From NCBI GenBank assembly GCA_038087875.1, contig CM075987.1:22942001-23006000 (forward strand): a stretch of 64,000 nt of DNA. The letters run 5' to 3'. Of the stretch, positions 1-11,231 are shown one piece after another (the stretch's first letter is position 1; each line of letters starts with the position of its first letter). A program made the position numbers and the translations under genes. The DNA is from Malacoraja senta. Taxonomy: Eukaryota. Below the pieces are notes generated by a model. The model worked only from the letters and a program-made list of their open reading frames with translations, was not told the DNA's origin and ran no database searches.

Positions 1-179
1 TTTATTATACAGATTGATGTTGTTGCTTTTGTATGTCCATCCAACAATCTATACCCTGTCTGTTTTCTATCATGCGCTCTGTCTGAGTTTGGTTGGTTGG
101 GCCACCGCTTGCCTCGTGCTGGCGTCTGACCGATTACACTGTTAAGTCTCCCATGACTCTCCCTAAACCTTTTCTGAAG

Positions 180-356
180 ATGGCGGTACAAGTCTGAATC
201 GTGCAGCATGCCATGCGGAGGAGGGGTGAGGCGCAGGCTCCTGTATTGCACAAAGGTACTACCTGACCGAGAAGAGCTGACATCAGACCACGAATGTCTT
301 CACTTGAACCGCCCCGAGGACCTTGAATTTTGCAATCTCCATCCTTGCCCGCCAAG
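180..356 (+). CDS. ADAMTS13: ADAMTS13 internal exon, TSP1 repeat (gene continues upstream of window)
   Basis: AG|...|GT, 177 nt, phase 2/2; RWRYKSESCSMPCGGGVRRRLLYC...EFCNLHPCPPR resembles the human repeat [24 protein letters not shown]...CSLEPCPPR. Confidence 0.9.
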
Positions 357-815
357 GTTGGTGAACTGTGTACACTTTAACTTACCTTTTTCTTTGAAGA
401 CTCTCATTCTCGCTAGGTTATAAATGCAGTGAACAATACAACACGGGAGCAGGCCCTTCAGCCCACTGTATCTGTGCCAACCGTCATCCCATCCTCATTC
501 CATCTGCCCTTCCATGGTCTCTACCCTTCTACTCCCTGCCTGTCCATATGCTTCTCTAAATGCATTTCAAATGTTACTCCTGTGTTTAGCTTCTGCCACC
601 TCCCCTTGTAATGCATTCCAAGCACCTACCGCCATTTTGATGTGATAAACCTGACTTCCCAAATCTCCTTCTCCGCTTCCCCTTCTCTCTTTAAACCTAT
701 GTCCTTGAGTATTTGACATCTCCACCCTGGGGGGGGGGGGGGGAAGATTCTAACCATCTCCCTCTCATGATTTTATATACTTCTATCAGGTCGCCCCTCA
801 GCTGCAGAGAAAGCT

Positions 816-1100
816 GGGCGGCACGGTGGCGCAGCGGTAGAGTTGCTGCCTTACAGCACCAGAGACCCGTGTTCGATCCTGATTATAGGTGCTGTCTGTA
901 CGGAGTTTATACGTGTGGGTTTTCTCTGGGTGCTCCGGATTTCCCCCACACTCCAAAGACATATGTAGAGGTTTGTAGGTTAAATGGCTTGGTATAATTG
1001 TAAATTGGCCCTAGTGTGTGTGTGATAGTGTAAGTGTGCGTGGATCGCTGGTCGGCGCGGACTCGGTGGGACAAAGGGCCTGTTTCTGCGCTGTATCTAA
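816..1100 (+). mobile_element. tRNA-derived V-SINE (HE1-like)
   Basis: GGCACGGTGGCGCAGCGG A box, GTTCGATCC B box, central GGGTGCTCCGG domain, tail GGGCCTGTTTC..CTGTATCT. Confidence 0.85.
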
Positions 1101-1636
1101 AAAAAAAACAATCCAAATGTGTCCAATCTCTCGTTAAAGCGAATACCCTCCAATCCAGGAAACATCCCGTTGAACCTCTCTCTTCTGCATCCTCTCCAAA
1201 GCCTCCGCATCCTTCCTGCAGCGTAGTGACCAGAAATGCACACAATACTCCAAACCAAAGTTTTACACAGCTGCAGCATGAACTGAGTTGAAGGGAGACT
1301 AAATGTCATTGAGTGAGGAGTTCCACAGGCATTGATTCTAACAGCGATACAACATCCCTGAGCAATCACTGTCCCGTCACAACAAGCAAACCTCAGCCTG
1401 ATACGGAAGCTCCTGGTTAAAAGGAGTCTGGACAGCAATGCTCTCTGATCAAGAGGCTGGTTTCAACTAAGCCCTGCATGATGGACCAGAAATGTAATGT
1501 TACTTTGTGTATCAGAGCGATGGGTTGGTTAAGGGAGTTAGGAGGCACAGGTCTCGAAGTGCAACTATGAGATTCATAGTGAGAGGCAGAGGGCTGGAGT
1601 GGGGACGCTTTTTAAATCTGTGATTCTGGCTGACAG

Positions 1637-1838
1637 GTGGCAGGTTTCGGAGCCGGGTCGGTGCTCGGTGCTCTGTGGGGCCGGTCTGGCGGAGAGGAGG
1701 GTGATCTGCGTGCAGCTTCACAACGGGACGGATGTGGAGGTGAAGAGAGGCCGCTGCTCGGGACAGGAGGAGCCGATGACACTGGTCCCGTGCGTGGTCA
1801 GCTGCCCCTTTGGTTGGACTCCCCAGAACTGGTCCGAG
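1637..1838 (+). CDS. ADAMTS13: ADAMTS13 exon, TSP1 repeat plus start of last TSP1 repeat
   Basis: tgacag|G TGG CAG...TCC GAG|gttagt; WQVSEPGRCSVLCGAGLAERRVICVQ...CPFGWTPQNWSE; phase continues from previous exon. Confidence 0.9.
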
Positions 1839-2559
1839 GTTAGTGGCCTTGCCTGGGGAGAGGGTGGGCACGATAACAACATGGGAACACGGCGGGGGCA
1901 TTCTACGTGCTTGATATCTCATCAAAGTAATGTGGTGAATATCTGAAGTCACAGCGTATATCCTTGGAGTAATATCACTTATTCCTAGCATTTATCATTT
2001 GCATAATGAGATGAGGAAGAATTTCTTTGGTCAGAAGGTGGTGAATCAGTGGAATTCATTGCCACAGAAGGACACGGAGGCCAAGTCAATGGATACAGTA
2101 TCTTTAAGGCAGAGATAGATTCTTGATTAGTACGGGTGTCAGGGATTATGGGGAGAAGGCAGGAGAATGGGCTTGAGAGGGAAAGATAAATCAGCCATAA
2201 TTGAATGGCAGAGTAGACTTGATGGGCCTAATGGCCTAATTCTGATCCTATCACTTCTCAACTTATGAATATTTCATTTGAATTAGTGGTCTCTGACATG
2301 GAATTTTATTGAACGACACCAGGAAGTCCACAATAAATGATAATCAGTGACATTCCCTGTCTACTAATAGAGTCCTTGCAAAAATTAAATGAAAGGGGTA
2401 GCTAGTAGAGCATCAGTGACCAGGTTATCACCCTGACCTCCGGACCTGTCTGAGTGGAGTTTTCATGTACTCTCTGCGTTTCTCCCACATCCCAAATATT
2501 TATGTGCTGGTACGTTAACTGGCTACTGTACGTTTAGATGGTGTTAGACTGGAGCTTTC

Positions 2560-3030
2560 AAAAGTGGATTGGTGGAGGCTGCTTGTAGGTAATGGGATGG
2601 TCGGATTGAGAAGGTGGGAGTGGGAGGGAGTGGATGGTGCGGTTGGGAGAGAGTGGGTGGGTGAGGGTGGGGGGGAGTGGGTGAGTGAGGTTGGGGGTGG
2701 AGTGGGTGGGTGAGGTTGGGGGAGAGAGTGAATGGTGAGGGTGGGGGAGAATGTGTATGGATGGGGTTGGAGTGGGTGGGTGAGGGTGAGGGGGAGAGTG
2801 AATGGTGAGGGTGGGGGTGAGAGTGGATGAGTGATGTTGGGGGGGTGGGTGGGTGAGGGTGGGGGGGAGTGGGTGGGGGGCGAGTGAAAGGTCGAGGGTG
2901 GGGGGGGAGTGGATGAGTGATGTTGGGGGGAGTGGGTGGGTGAGGGGGGGAAGAGTGGGTGAGTGATGTGGGGGGGGGAGTGGGTGGGTGAGGGTGGGGG
3001 GAGAGTGAATGGGTGATGTTTGGGGAGATG
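2560..3030 (+). repeat. G-rich degenerate tandem repeat
   Basis: Approximately 20-24 nt units GAGTGGGTGGGTGAGGGTGGGGG; source of the spurious Pro/His/Ser ORF on the minus strand. Confidence 0.9.
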
Positions 3031-3054
3031 TCGGAAAGGTAGAGATAAAGGAAA

Positions 3055-3275
3055 GTATGTAGGAGGAAGCTGCAAATGTTGGTTTAAACCAAAGATAGAC
3101 ACAAAATGCTGGAGTAACTCAGTGGGACAGGCAGCATCTCTGGACAGAAGGAATGGGTGACGTTTCGGGTTGAGACAGTCTGGAGAAGGGTCTAGACCTG
3201 AAACGTCACCCTTCCCTTCTCTTCCGAGATGCTGCCTGTCCCGCTGAGGTACTCCAGCATTTTGTGTCTATCTGA
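3055..3275. mobile_element. Penelope-derived fold-back repeat
   Basis: GACACAAAATGCTGGAGTAACTCAG...CTGAG.TACTCCAGCATTTTGTGTC inverted arms. Confidence 0.75.
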
Positions 3276-3448
3276 AGGAAAGGATGATTTGAGCGGGTGA
3301 TGTTCTGAATGAGGTTGAAGATTGGGTGGTTTTGATAGGAGCGGGATCAGTTCAAGAGAGATGGTGGGTGGTTAAGATTGAGGAGGGAGTTTGGGTTGAT
3401 TTGAGGACATACAATGTACAGTGTCCCTGATTCTTCTTCTGTTCCCAG

Positions 3449-3707
3449 TGTTCAGTTTCCTGTGGGCATGGTACACGTACCAGGCAGCTGCTCTGTGTCA
3501 ACCTCGACTCCACGGAGGTTGTGCTCGATGCCTCCTGTGACGAGCTGACGAAGCCTGCTACACAGGAGCCCTGTGACGTTGGACCCTGCTCAACCCAGTC
3601 AGCTCTTCAGCCTGTAGCTCCGACACCAGCTCCCACAGGGGCAACCGCAGCAACACCACATCCCAGAACAGAATCAACGACACAGGCTAAAAGCTCAAAG
3701 AACCAAG
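3449..3707 (+). CDS. ADAMTS13: ADAMTS13 exon, last TSP1 repeat plus Pro/Thr-rich linker
   Basis: ttcccag|TGT TCA GTT TCC TGT GGG (CSVSCGHGTRTRQLLC...EPCDVGPC); donor CAAG|gtacaa in phase 1 fits next exon. Confidence 0.85.
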
Positions 3708-3789
3708 GTACAAGGAACAGGGCTATGTATTTCCAGCACCTCAATAACCCATTCTAATACATGGTCCAGCAATGAGGCGTACAGCAAGG

Positions 3790-4114
3790 GTTTAGTCTAG
3801 TTTGGTTTACATATACTGCGCGGAAACAGGCCCTTCGGCCCACCGAGTCCGCGCCGACCAATGATCCCCACACACTAACACTTTCCTGCGCACACAATGC
3901 ACAATTTTTACATTTACCAAGCCAATTAACCTACAAACCTGTACGTCTTTGGAGTGTGGGAGGAAACCGACGATCTCGGAGAAAACCCACACAGATCACG
4001 GGGAGAACGTACAAACGCCGTATGGACAGCACCCGGAGTCAGGATCGAACCCGGGTCTCCGGCGCTGCATTCGCTGTACGGCAGCAACTCTATCGTTGCG
4101 CCACCGTGATCGCC
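3790..4114 (-). mobile_element. HE1-like V-SINE
   Basis: Reverse complement of the 816-1100 family, near full length. Confidence 0.85.
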
Positions 4115-4944
4115 CAAAGTTGACAAGGCTACCTTCATAATCTATCAAATACATCCACAGGGAAGGTCCAGTACAAGTCAGATTACACAATGTGCTGGAG
4201 TAATTCAGCGGGTCAGGCAGCATCTCTGGACGAATATGGTTCAGTGACACTTTATGTGTCACATGATGCACCAAGGTACAGTGAAATTAATTTTTATATA
4301 TGGTTCAGCACAAGGTCTACTACATAAGCACTTAGATACATCTTAGATAAGCATCTCCAATACAGTACAAGTGTACAGTAGTCTTCTTCTTCTTACGTAT
4401 GGCTTGTACAGCCTAAAGTTGGAGGTCAACTTGTTCTATTTGATCTAATTGTTTGTGCACGTCGGGTTGATTGCATTAGTCGAACAAGGTGGACCACGTG
4501 AAGGTTGCAATCTCCCACCCCAGTGTACACTGAGACAGTAGACAGAGTCACGAGATTTGGCACCATTTTCACGTGACATGGGTAGGAGGTAACTTTTCGG
4601 GTCGGGCCCTTCTTCAGAATAAACTGACCCGAAATATCACCTATCCACGTCCTCCAGAAATGATGCCTGACCCACAGAATTACTCCAGCATCCTGTGACT
4701 TTTTTTCTGGTAATCCAGCATCTGCAGTTCCTTGTGCCTCCAAGCCAGGCTGTGGGTACATTATCTAAAAGGGTTTTTTTTTCCAAAAGATTTCATCAGT
4801 TTGTTGAAAAGTTCACAATATGGAAACACAGAAAGTGGTGTTTTAATTAGTTCACTGTTGGAAACTTCTTACATGAACTTTTTATGAAGGCAAGTTATGT
4901 ACTCTGGACTGAATGCCATCAGGACAAACTGGAAGTCATTTGAC

Positions 4945-5391
4945 CATGGGCGGAAATCCTGGGGGGGGACGGGTGGGACACCTCCCCTTCATGCTTTGAG
5001 AGGTGGGGGACAATCCCCCCCATGTTTTGTAATCTGGACTTTATCAGACGCTTTCTAAGGGCCGAATCGGCCCGTTCGCGGGGCCTTTCAGCGCCCGGCG
5101 CGGCTTAAAATCAAACTGCTGCATCGAGGCGATCGAGGCGATCGAGGCTCCCGATGTTGAAGCCCCCGTCGGCCGATGAAAGGCCCCGCAAACGGGCCGT
5201 TTCAAGCCCCACAATTCGGGGCGGACGAAGCTGCTGTTGCTGGAGTTCGGAGTCGGTCACCAATCAGGTCAGCTTCCAATGTTACCGTCCACAGGGCCCA
5301 TGGCCGAAACCTTGCGTGTGTGCGCATGCGCACGCGCGGCCGGCAGGAAATTGTGTCCCCCCCCATGTTTTGATAGCGATTTCCATGCCTG
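4945..5391. mobile_element. Non-autonomous hAT-type DNA transposon, 447 bp
   Basis: 8-bp TSD CATTTGAC at 4937-4944 and 5392-5399; imperfect TIRs CATGGGCGGAAATC / GATTTCCATGCCTG. Confidence 0.8.
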
Positions 5392-5545
5392 CATTTGACG
5401 TTTGGATTTTTATCAGGCCTAGAAACATGCATTCCAACAGACTGAGATGCGTTTAAAGCCCGAGGACTGGAGATAAATGGGTGTTGTCCATCTCACTTGT
5501 CCTTGAAGTGTGTACTGACACTGATGGGGTGTTGTTTTATTGCAG

Positions 5546-5692
5546 GTTTCTGCGGGAAGCTGCTGCTGAGTAAATCAGGGATGCTGAACCTGACTGAGTT
5601 GCAGCTCAGGGAGTGCACGTTCAGCATTGTACGTCCGCTGGATGAAGTCATCACAGTCCACGTTCTGTCCAGCACCTTAAACTGCAGCAGGA
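5546..5692 (+). CDS. ADAMTS13: ADAMTS13 exon, CUB1 N-terminal half
   Basis: ttgcag|GT TTC TGC GGG...AGG A|gtaaga, 147 nt; FCGKLLLSKSG...RPLDEVITVHVLSSTLNCS resembles human RPLGEVVTLRVLESSLNCS. Confidence 0.9.
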
Positions 5693-6169
5693 GTAAGAGT
5701 CCTGTTACACATCACTCCGTGCTGAATTACAGCTTCTAGAGGCTGCCGACTAAAAGGGTGGCATGCTGGAGTGAAGGGGAAGGGGCGCTATCATAGGCTG
5801 CTAATGGTACTGTGTTTCACAACAAAGAATTTAAAGCAAGAGCTTGAGGCAAAGAGAGCTGTTTACTCTCAAGAATGAGTCCTGGCATAACCTGTACCCT
5901 AACTGGGACTCAGTGGCTATGGAACCATCTTTCAGTAAGATTCAGTGTTATGGATCCTGTACCATAATGGTAGAGTCTTGGTCAGGACATGGGTCAGTGT
6001 TTCTAGATATTGTGTGTAAACTCCCAAGTGAGAGTTCGGGCCCGTGTTATTTGTAGTGACTGTCAGTGTGTGTGTGGCCCGTACCCCAGTGAGGGTCAGT
6101 GTGTATGGGACCCGTACCCCAGTGAGGGTCAGTGTGTGTGGGGCCTGTATCTCAGTAATAATCAGTGTC

Positions 6170-6565
6170 AATAGACAATAGACAATAGGTGCAGGACTAG
6201 GCCATTCGGCCCTTCGAGCCAGCACCGCCATTCAATGTGATCTTGGCTGATCATCCCCAATCAGTACCCCGTTCCTGCCTTCTCCCCATATCCCCTGACT
6301 CTGCTATTTTTAAGAGCCCTATCTAGCTCTCTCTTTGAAAGCATCCAGAGAACCTGCCTCCACCGCCCTCGGAGGCAGAGAATTCCACAGACTCACCACT
6401 CTCTGTGAGAAAAAGTGTTTCCTCGTCTCCGTTCTAAATGGCTTACTCCTTATTCTTAAACTGTGGCCCCTGGTTCTGGACTCCCCCAACATCGGGAACA
6501 TGTTTCCTGCCTCTAGCGTGTTCAAGCCCTTAATATGTTTCAATGAGATCCCCTCTCACCCTTCT
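6170..6565 (-). mobile_element. CR1-clade LINE 3' fragment
   Basis: ESRTRGHSLRIRSKPFRTETRKHFFSQRVVSLWNSLP; (TATTGTC)n tail. Confidence 0.88.
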
Positions 6566-6835
6566 AAGGAATTAGGAGCCTTCTAAGGAATTGGAGCAAT
6601 CATCCTGTCAAAGGAATTAGAGACAGCATGATTGAGATCTGCAACCAAGACTGAGTTGGGGCCAGTGAATGCCATTTCCCCTGAGATTTGGAAATTATGT
6701 AACCAGCATACCTGCGGGTGTCAACATTGTGAGGGACAGGGGAACAATTGTCATGTAAACTCAAGGAATTGAAATAATGACTATAAATAATGGTATAGAT
6801 TCTGGATCTTTCAGATGCCTTTACTCTTTCACCAG

Positions 6836-7012
6836 GGGACACTTTGTCATTTTGTGGGCGACGACTGTTTTGGAAGACCTGCTCCCCACTGAAAGGGTTC
6901 ACACTCACATCTACCACCAACACACTAACAGTCAGGCAGCGGAGCGGCTCCAAGGGCAGTGGAACTGTCCTTCAATACTCCAGCAGCCTCTCGTCCCGGC
7001 AGTACCTTAACG
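6836..7012 (+). CDS. ADAMTS13: ADAMTS13 exon, CUB1 C-terminal half
   Basis: accag|GG GAC...AAC G|gtaggt, 177 nt; DTLSFCGRRLFWKTC...TNTLTVRQR...VLQYSS. Confidence 0.88.
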
Positions 7013-7515
7013 GTAGGTGCTCAGATGGTTGGGTATCAGGTTGATGGCTTTCTAAGGAGCATTGTGGCTCTGTGAGTTACCTGAAGCGATGGGCTTGAAT
7101 TTAACCCCATACTGGAACCCAAAATGTAGTTTGACACCACCAGTGCCATTAGAAGGAGAACTGCTCTGCTGTAGGTGCTGCCCTTAGGAAGAGATGTCAA
7201 GCCTGTGCCTTGTCCTCCATCTCAGATGAATTTAAACAATCTCAACATATTATTGTTTGAAGTCCACGGATCCTCCTTGGTGTCCTGACCAATATCAGTG
7301 AGAGATATCTGCAATTCCTTCCTAAAGAAAAGATTGTTGTTCGTTATGGTTAAAAAACAAGCATGGAGTAAAGATGAATAAAACTGAGAGTTGTGATTAA
7401 AAAGTGCAACCACTCCAGGTGTCACTACTTCAGTCAATAACATGTCTGAGTAGATAATTTACCATGGATTGAACTCCAGTATTCACTCACTGAACTGATG
7501 TTTTCCTTTTTGCAG

Positions 7516-7694
7516 AATGTGATGTCCAGCTACATGGCCCCTGGGGTATAATAAAAAGCCCCATGCAGTCCTACAGGGAGGGCCACGTCTGCCGTACATT
7601 TATCAATGTATCTCCCATGGACAGGATCATAATCAGAGTCCTGCACCTGAAGTTTAACATCAGGGTGAATACTACCACATCTGACTACATTCTG
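7516..7694 (+). CDS. ADAMTS13: ADAMTS13 exon, CUB2 N-terminal half
   Basis: ttgcag|AA TGT GAT...ATT CTG|gtgagt; ECDVQLHGPWGIIKSP...CRTFINVSP...DYIL resembles human ECDMQLFGPWGEIVSP...CRLFINVAP...SYIL. Confidence 0.92.
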
Positions 7695-9019
7695 GTGAGT
7701 TGGACTCGGTATTCTCATTATATTAGTCTGTTAGAGTCACAAGGAACTGCAAGTGCTGGAATCATGCTCAAAACACAAACTGCTGAAGGATCAGGCTGGA
7801 GAACATGCATAGGTGTTGTTTCAGGTCAGGACCCTTCTTCAGACTGGGAATTATTCTTATTCTGTTAGCTCTTCTGAGAACTCTCAATGATGTATGGTTT
7901 CAGGACTAGACTTTAGAGATACAGCATGGAAACTGGGCCTTCAGCCCGACGAGTCTGTGCGGACCGTCGATCACCTTGTACACTAGCACTATCCTACACA
8001 CTAGGGACAATTTACAATTTACAGAAGCCAATTAACCTACAAACCTGCACATCTTTGGAACGTGGGAGGAAACCAGAGGACCCGGAGAAAACCAAGGCGG
8101 TCACAGGGAGAATGTCTCTGTAAGGTTTCAAGGTTTCAAGGTCAGTTTATTCTCACATGTACCAATTAAGGTACAGTGAAATTCGATTTAGACATACTAA
8201 AAAAAAAGCAACAAGACACACAACTACATAAAAGTTAACATAAACATCCACCACAGCGGATTCCCAACATTCCTCACTGTGATGGAAGGTTATAAAGTCC
8301 AATCTCCTTCCTCTTTATTAGGCAGCAGCTCTACCGCTTTGCAGCCCCTATCATTATTAGTTTTTGTTTTAACAATTTTTAAAAACAAAACCAGCACTTT
8401 TATTTGCATTTTATTAGTAGATGCAAAGGCAAAGTAATCTATAGCAAAGAAGACAAGACAAAATGCTTTAGATACTTAGAGGGAAGAAAATTAATATTAG
8501 AGAATAAACAGAAAAACAGGTCTTGCAGCTGTAAATTGGAAATTGGAGCAATTGTTATTTAGTGCAGTGTATTGCTTTCCAGTTCTCTATTTAATATAAT
8601 TCTCTGATCTATTACCATTGCCTTACGTCATGTAAATGTGTTTTGTCAAAATGAAAAATCCAGGATTGTAAAAGAAATAAATGGGCAAAGATTTAGCAAA
8701 CATAGCACTAATATTGGGCCTTTTAAAGCAAAATTCAAGGAATATTTCACCACAATCAGGACCAAAAGTTGAGAAAACTTGATCAAACTTGGCATATGAT
8801 AAACATTTGTACCTCAGGTACAATGAAAAAAAACTCCATGCAAACTCCTTGAGAATGCCATAGACTCAAGGCTTGTAAAACTGACATTCACTGGGATCTA
8901 GCATCCATGGACATGTCACGAGGATATGGATACCACAGATTCTGACGTACTTTATTAGACCTTGAAGCACATGTTTTGACCAGGTGGTGCCTATTTCATT
9001 TTTAGTATGTTGTGTAGTT

Positions 9020-9325
9020 TAGTTTAGAGATACAGGCGCGAAAAAAGACCCTTCGACCCACCGAGGCCACACCGACCAGCGATCCCCGCACACTAGCACT
9101 ATCATACACAAAAGGGACAATTCTTTTACAATTTTACCGAAGCTAATTAACCTGCAAACCTGTACGTCTTTGGAATGTGGGAGGAAACCGTAGTACCCGG
9201 AGAAAACCCACGCGGTCAAGGGGAGAGCATACAAACTCCGTACAAACCGCACCCGTAGTCAGGATGGAACCCGGGTCTCTGGCGCTGCAAGGCAGCAACT
9301 CTACCGCTGCGCCACCATGCCACCC
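9020..9325 (-). mobile_element. HE1-like V-SINE
   Basis: Same family, with A/B boxes and tail. Confidence 0.85.
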
Positions 9326-9535
9326 CATGTTTTTTTAAGGCAAAGATTCATAAATTCATGATTAGTATGGGTGTCAGGGGTTATGGGATGAAGGCAGGAG
9401 AGTGGGGTTGTGAGGGAAAGATAGATCAGCCTTGATTGAATGGCCGAGTAGACTCGATGGACCGAATGCCCTAATTATGCTCCATCACTTGTGAACTTAC
9501 GTTGTCTTTAATGGTTAAACTCATTGTGCTTTCAG

Positions 9536-9712
9536 ATAAAGGATGTCAGTACCCAGAGGTATTCTGCATATCGCGGTAGCAGCCTGTTCTTCTGGCAGTC
9601 ACTGGGAAGCTCTGTTGAAATTGAATTCCATGGAGATTTCCAATTCCGGGCCTTGTACAGAGCCACACCATCCTTAAATGTGAGGGGTGTCCACCAACTG
9701 AACTGTGGGTAG
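9536..9712 (+). CDS. ADAMTS13: ADAMTS13 last coding exon, CUB2 C-terminal half and stop
   Basis: tttcag|ATA AAG GAT; IKDVSTQRYSAYRGSSLFFWQSLGSSVEIEF resembles human [31 protein letters not shown]; TAG ends at 9712. Confidence 0.9.
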   Translation: MKDVSTQRYSAYRGSSLFFWQSLGSSVEIEFHGDFQFRALYRATPSLNVRGVHQLNCG

Positions 9713-10069
9713 TGAAAACTGTGGCAGATTCCCCATTTCTGGAATGTTCTCCCGCTGACCGGATATCCAGGCAGCAGCTGATCATGTCTTGCCCAAGCTG
9801 TAGCTGTAAGGACTTGGCATTCTCCGAACTACATGTAGACTGTCTCCTTCCCATGTTCCCACCATTGGAAACCAACCCTTCCTTGACCTATTGCTGTAAC
9901 TGTCCGTTTAAAGAATCTGCTTCCAGACACGACTGAGAGATTATATGCTCAAGTGAGACATGAGCCCACTAATTACTGACCCAGTAAGGAAAGTGCTTCC
10001 CACTTAGCAAAGGATGATGGTTTGTTCCACTGAGTGAAGGCTCATGTCCACAGCAATTGGCATCGCCAA

Positions 10070-10512
10070 CTGGAGTCACGTTGACGCCAGCTACACTTCA
10101 CGCTGCCTCGGAAAAGTGGTCAACCCAACCAAAGATTTGTCATTCCCCAGTCATTCCTTCTCTTCCTCGCCAACTGAAGCTACAAAAGCTTGAAATCGAG
10201 CACTGTCAGACTCAGGAACAGCTTCTTCCCCTCCGTTATCAGGCTTCTGAACCATCCTTCTGCAAGCCAGGGTATTGTCCAATTCACCTCTATCCCAAAG
10301 AAAGCATTGGACTGTCTATGGAACTGTTGCGCTACAATGCTGAGAACTATATTCTTTTTGGTAATTGGTATCTTCCCCTTTGCTCTCCCCATTGTACTTG
10401 AAATTGACTTGATTATTTTAATGTATAGCATCATCTGATCTGATTTGATATCAAAACAAAGCTTTTCATTGCACCTCGGTACACGTGACAATAATAAACC
10501 TAAACCTAAATA
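10070..10512 (+). mobile_element. Degenerate Rex1/Babar-like LINE 3' end in ADAMTS13 3' region
   Basis: TVRLRNSFFPSVIRLLN matches the C-terminus of the element at 50690-51350; tail CACGTGACAATAATAAACCTAAACCTAAA. Confidence 0.7.
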
Positions 10513-10799
10513 AAAAGCAAGGAATGGCTTACTTGTACCATCAGTGTTGATGTGGACCAGTGAGGTGAAGCTGTTTATATTTACGCTCTTGGCCCAATAT
10601 AATTTGTTTATGTTATGGGGAGAAGGCAGGAGAATGGGATTAGGAGAGAAAGATAGATCAGCCATGATTGAAAGGCGGAGTGGACTTGATGGGCCGAATG
10701 GCCTCATTCTACTCCTATCATTTATCATCTTATGAATTCTGAGAAAAACATTTAGTTAAACATCATTTTTTAAACTGCAAGAATTAAATGAAGTGCAGT

Positions 10800-10978
10800 G
10801 GACTGACTGATGACGTTTGGGGGTCGTGACCCGTGGCGACCACCCGTCGGCCCCGCCCATTGAGGTCTGACGCCCGGGCGGTGACGTAGAAATGGTCATG
10901 ACGTCGGCGCGTGGAGGGACCGCGGCGCGTGACGTGGCGGCTGTCAGTCGAAGGGGGGGAGCGAGCGGCGGGAGGAGG

Positions 10979-11012
<34 letters not shown>

Positions 11013-11086
11013 GGGGGAGAGGAGAGGCGAGGCCGGACAGGGCCGGACAGGGCCGGACAGCGAGTGCCCCCTCCCCCGTGTCCACA
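10800..11086 (+). promoter_or_regulatory. CpG-rich promoter/5'UTR of CACFD1 with four TGACGT cores, a GC box and a (GA)n tract
   Basis: TGACGT at 10811, 10882, 10899, 10930; CCCCGCCC at 10851; (GA)n at about 10979-11012; directly upstream of ATG 11087. Confidence 0.65.
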
Positions 11087-11231
11087 ATGCCGAGCTCGGA
11101 GGACGCCAGCGCCGAGCCCGGGGCCGAGGATGCGGCCGTGGCCGGTTCGGCGCAGGGCGGCGGCGGCGGCGACGGGATGACCTGGTGGTATCGCTGGCTG
11201 TGCCGGTTCGCGGCTGTGATCGGCGGGGTGT
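11087..11231 (+). CDS. CACFD1: CACFD1 (Flower) exon 1, copy A
   Basis: MPSSEDASAEPG...DGMTWWYRWLCRFAAVIGGV carries the Flower motif MTWWYRWLCR; donor GTG T|gtgagt, phase 1. Confidence 0.9.

Noticed and set aside
816..890. tRNA-like A/B boxes
   Set aside because: These are SINE heads followed by SINE body and tail, not tRNA genes.
2515..3102. 195-aa extensin-like ORF
   Set aside because: Translation of the G-rich low-complexity repeat.
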